Assembly: GCA_035084275.1 (NCBI GenBank)
Contig: CM068748.1
Location: forward strand, 8,060,001-8,124,000
DNA from: Hydrolagus colliei
Lineage: Eukaryota
Reading direction: 5' to 3'
DNA: 64,000 nucleotides
The stretch's first letter is position 1, and every line of letters begins with the position of its first letter. The notes under the pieces are model-generated. The model was not told the DNA's origin, did not search any database, and saw only the letters and a list, made by a program, of their open reading frames with translations. Made by a program: the position numbers and the translations under genes. Positions 60,402 to 64,000 of the stretch are shown here, piece by piece.

Positions 60402-60683
60402 CAGTAAAACCTTGCTGACATTCCGAAAGCCGTCACCTCCCTAAAACTCGCAAGATTTCAAGATACATACAGTATTCATTTTAAAAAAATGTCAGCAAAT
60501 TGCCCAAAGTTCATAACAGTTGTTTGTAGTTCCCGGTGTGGCCACTCTGTCATTGTTTGGCTTCAGTGCTGTGGTGTCCCAGGTAGAGCTTCTCCAGCCA
60601 TTTCTAGGAAGGGTTTCTAAATACCGTCAAACTCTGAAATCATGGAGTGGGCTCAACCGAGCCATATTTTTGAGGTTTTACTG
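60402..60683. mobile_element. Tc1/mariner (Tigger-like) MITE
   Basis: TA-CAGTAAAACCT ... AGGTTTTACTG-TA: perfect 11-bp TIRs with TA TSD. Confidence 0.75.
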
Positions 60684-63562
60684 TACTATGTGTATAAAGA
60701 AAAGATTTCAGCTAAATTACTTGTGCAGTTCGGTGCTTTCAATAAATTTGCAGGATTATTACACTAATTAGATATGCATTTCTGTATTTTTTGGGGGGTT
60801 GAAGTTTTGCTCATTGAGATTTTGTTTTTAAATTAACGAACAAGTTTATTAGAGCAATTATTCTTTTTAAAAGGAATAGCATTAAAAGCACCAAAGGGCA
60901 AGTTTCCAGTAGGCTATTTGTGAAGTTTATATTTGCATATGAGTGTAATCATCATAACTCACTTTGTTTTATTTCCTATTGGTATATACCACTGTACATT
61001 TAAACAAAGTTAAATTATATTATTGCTTAAATTATTGCTTATTTAAATTCAGTAGCAACAGCTGGTTTGAAGAATACACTGTAATGAATAACACTGTAAT
61101 TCATGGAGAATTCAGTGGTTAGGAATGTGAACTAATGTGTTTCTTTGACAAGAAATGCAAATGGGCTATGGGGGAGTGTGTGTAAAAATAATGACATATT
61201 GTTTAAGCAATATGATGCACAAAATGGTAATTCTAAGTGTGATTTGACAAAGAAATTTAAATGGCCATTCATCTCAAAATGAAATACTGTGAATATTTCC
61301 ACCTGTACAAAATTGAGACCCATCCTTGAGCTAAAATACAATAGAATTAGTGTAAATACAATAGAATAATTCTAATCTAAATGCATTGTTTTAAAATGTA
61401 TCTAAATTTGCATTAATCTGGTTTCATCTCTATTCCTTCTTTTGCAGATTTTCTTCTGCTTTCATCCTCTTTCTATTTTTCTTATTTTATTTTTCTTTAC
61501 ACATAAATATTGATATTCTACGACAACAAAAAGCAAACTTTTACTGTTGGTGGTGCTTTTCCTTCTATTCATTGCGCGTGGCAATGTCCTACAAACAGAC
61601 ATGAGGTGAATGGCCAATTTATCTGGGGGAGATTAGGAGAAACTTCCTTGACTTTTTCTAAGTACAGACGGGAATTTATCTGAAGAGCTTGGGATCTTTA
61701 ATACCGGCAAGAACAAGCAGATACCTTGATTTAACATCTGACCCAAAGGACAACAATAAGTAAAGTGAATGGCTCTGTGGGGTTCTGCGTTTCAATAATG
61801 CAGCACTTTCTCAGAACTGCACTGGAATGGCAGTCTACACTGAGTTCAAGGATAAAGAGCTGAATAGTAAGTTTAATCCTAAAAGGTGACTTAGTAAAAT
61901 AGATAGCTATAGCACAGATATTAATCGCTAAATGGCCTCCTAATGTGCTGAACCTTTTCTGTTTCTCCACGTATCCATAGGTTAGTGTTTGCTGGCACCG
62001 CAAATTTTCAAAATAAAATTCTGTGCATCCAGGGGCATCTCATCAGATAAAACTTATATGTTTGTTGCCTTGTACACTAGTTAAATTTTTGATTTTTTTT
62101 AAAGAAACACATTTATTCATTCAATAAAGCTCTGCTTACTCTGCCCAACTATGTAGCTTCAGCTTAACCTCAGAAAAGCATGACTGTGACAATGTGCATT
62201 TCTTCATATAACACAGAAACCAGGATTTTAGTGCCAATTATTCTTAACTCGGTGCATAAATTCTAATCAAGAGTTGATCAAGCGATTGAAGGTTTGACTC
62301 TGACTCTCATGCTATGAGTTTCAATCTCAGTTTGGCCCAGGATACAGTCTCTCTTGAGTCATACATTGTCATTTGTCAGCTGAGTTATTTTATCTGAACA
62401 GACAGTTCATATTTAATCACTTTACCTGGAGAGCTGTGAATATGTGGAATGGATTTCCCAGGGAGGATGTGGAGACAGACTATGTCAGCAAGTTCAAGGG
62501 GGAATTAGATAGCCTTTAGATGAGTAAATTGAGGTCTTTGAGAGGTTGTGTACTTTACATTGACTTATTTCATTTATTTTAGCTTGGGGCCTGGGAAGGA
62601 ATACAGAAGGGGGTGGAGACTTATCATCAGTAAGGAGCGGTTGGGCAAACTGTTTCCATACTGTAGGTTCTTTGTAACTCTTTAAAATCCGCAGTCCTGT
62701 CTTTATTTTTGTCCACCCTTTGTGTTCCTGTTGGTATCAGTGAGGCACTGTAAATTATAGTGTTTCAGTTTAAGTCATTCATATAACTGAAGCTCAGAGT
62801 ACCACTGCATTCTATGATACCACATATGCCACATCATACATCTTGTGCAGTGATGCTTTGGACCTCAGAGAAGAGTCTGAGTGCTTGATTGTGTGCTGAA
62901 GTACAACCTGGCTGCACAAATTGCATCTCCCTATTGCTGCAAGCCAACTGACCTATTTCAAATTACATGCTGGTGGATAAGCGTAGAGTGGTTTCAATTC
63001 ACAACATGACATTGTTACTTACATTGCTTTGGAGCATTGTGTCAGCTCCAGCTGTTAGATTGATTTAATACTATTACTTTACTGTCAGAAAAATTTAGAT
63101 GAATGACATGAATGATGCTGAAGGCAGAGCAGCGAGATTTACAAAGATGCAGATGCACAAAGATTTTCACTTGAATTTATGTTGCTGTGCATATAAATTT
63201 AGCACAAATGTAATATTGTTGAATGGATGTACAATGTGGGTGTGCAATGCTATTGAATATTGTTGCCCACCATTTAGTGAAGGAATATGTTTTACAAAGG
63301 CACAAAATGGTGACAATAGAATATACTCTCTAGCCGTTTCAGACTGAAATACTATAGGAAACTTATTTAGGTAAAATGCAGACAATATTTAAATTGGACT
63401 GTCACAACCAGAGCAAATTAAACATGAAATATTACTTCTTGTTTGGTCAGCCGGGCATCCTGCACAGGCAGGAAACCCATCACCATATTCAAGTATCCAA
63501 ACCAGACAGAGAGTTCCCACCTATACGTGGAAAATCCCAAGATATTTATTGGAATGAAGTGT

Positions 63563-63866
63563 AATAATAATAAATAATCCTTACATTTGATATGGTGCTT
63601 TGCAAGTCTTCTAGACATCTCAAAGCACTTCCCAGAATATACTGTAAAGTGAGTTGACTGTATTTTTTGTGGGCAAAAATGCAGCAGTCAAATGCGCATA
63701 GCAGTGTCCCACACACAGTCATTGATTGAAATGACCAATTTTGTTATATTTTGTGAGGGATTATTATCAGACGTGTGGAGTAAGGAAATTTGCCCAGGGT
63801 CTCACCCTGCCTGAAATCAAACCCAGGTTTCTTAATTGCAAGGCGAGTGCTCTACTGAGCTCCAGG
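63563..63866 (-). mobile_element. tRNA-derived SINE, followed head-to-head by another head at ~63886..63923 (+)
   Basis: Same family. Confidence 0.85.
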
Positions 63867-64000
63867 TGTACTACTTATACTACGAGTTCTGTAGCTCAGT
63901 GGTTAGAGCACTCACCTTACAAGTGTGAGATGGGAAGCCAGTGGAGCCTGGCCAGAACTGGTAAGATGTGGGTCCAGGCAGAGTTTTGAATGAGCTGGAT

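Noticed and set aside
1-64000. A novel multi-gene or prokaryote-type system (defence island, operon, CRISPR)
   Set aside because: All recognisable coding sequence is explained by ASAH2, A1CF and LINE fragments; the remaining short ORFs look like chance frames

Overview
AT-rich vertebrate genomic DNA, most likely a cartilaginous fish (chimaera/shark-type repeat content; an inference). It holds two complete, intact multi-exon genes in convergent tail-to-tail orientation. ASAH2 (neutral ceramidase) is on + with 20 coding exons (5983..29463, about 741 aa). A1CF (APOBEC1 complementation factor) is on - with 11 coding exons (51914..37518, about 591/583 aa), plus a non-coding exon 1 near 54249..54297 and an HNF1-type promoter site. 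All exons were assembled by hand with GT-AG boundaries and consistent phases. Introns and flanks carry many tRNA-derived SINEs, Deu-domain-like SINEs, CR1 and L2 3' fragments, two MITEs and Penelope-like pieces with hammerhead-ribozyme motifs. Most notable: a Pro-to-Cys change in the conserved ASAH2 GDVSPN motif, an in-frame stop-free intron and the conserved ACF64/65 tandem acceptor in A1CF, and two long near-perfect inverted repeats, one with hammerhead-like cores. No convincing new protein-coding system was found.
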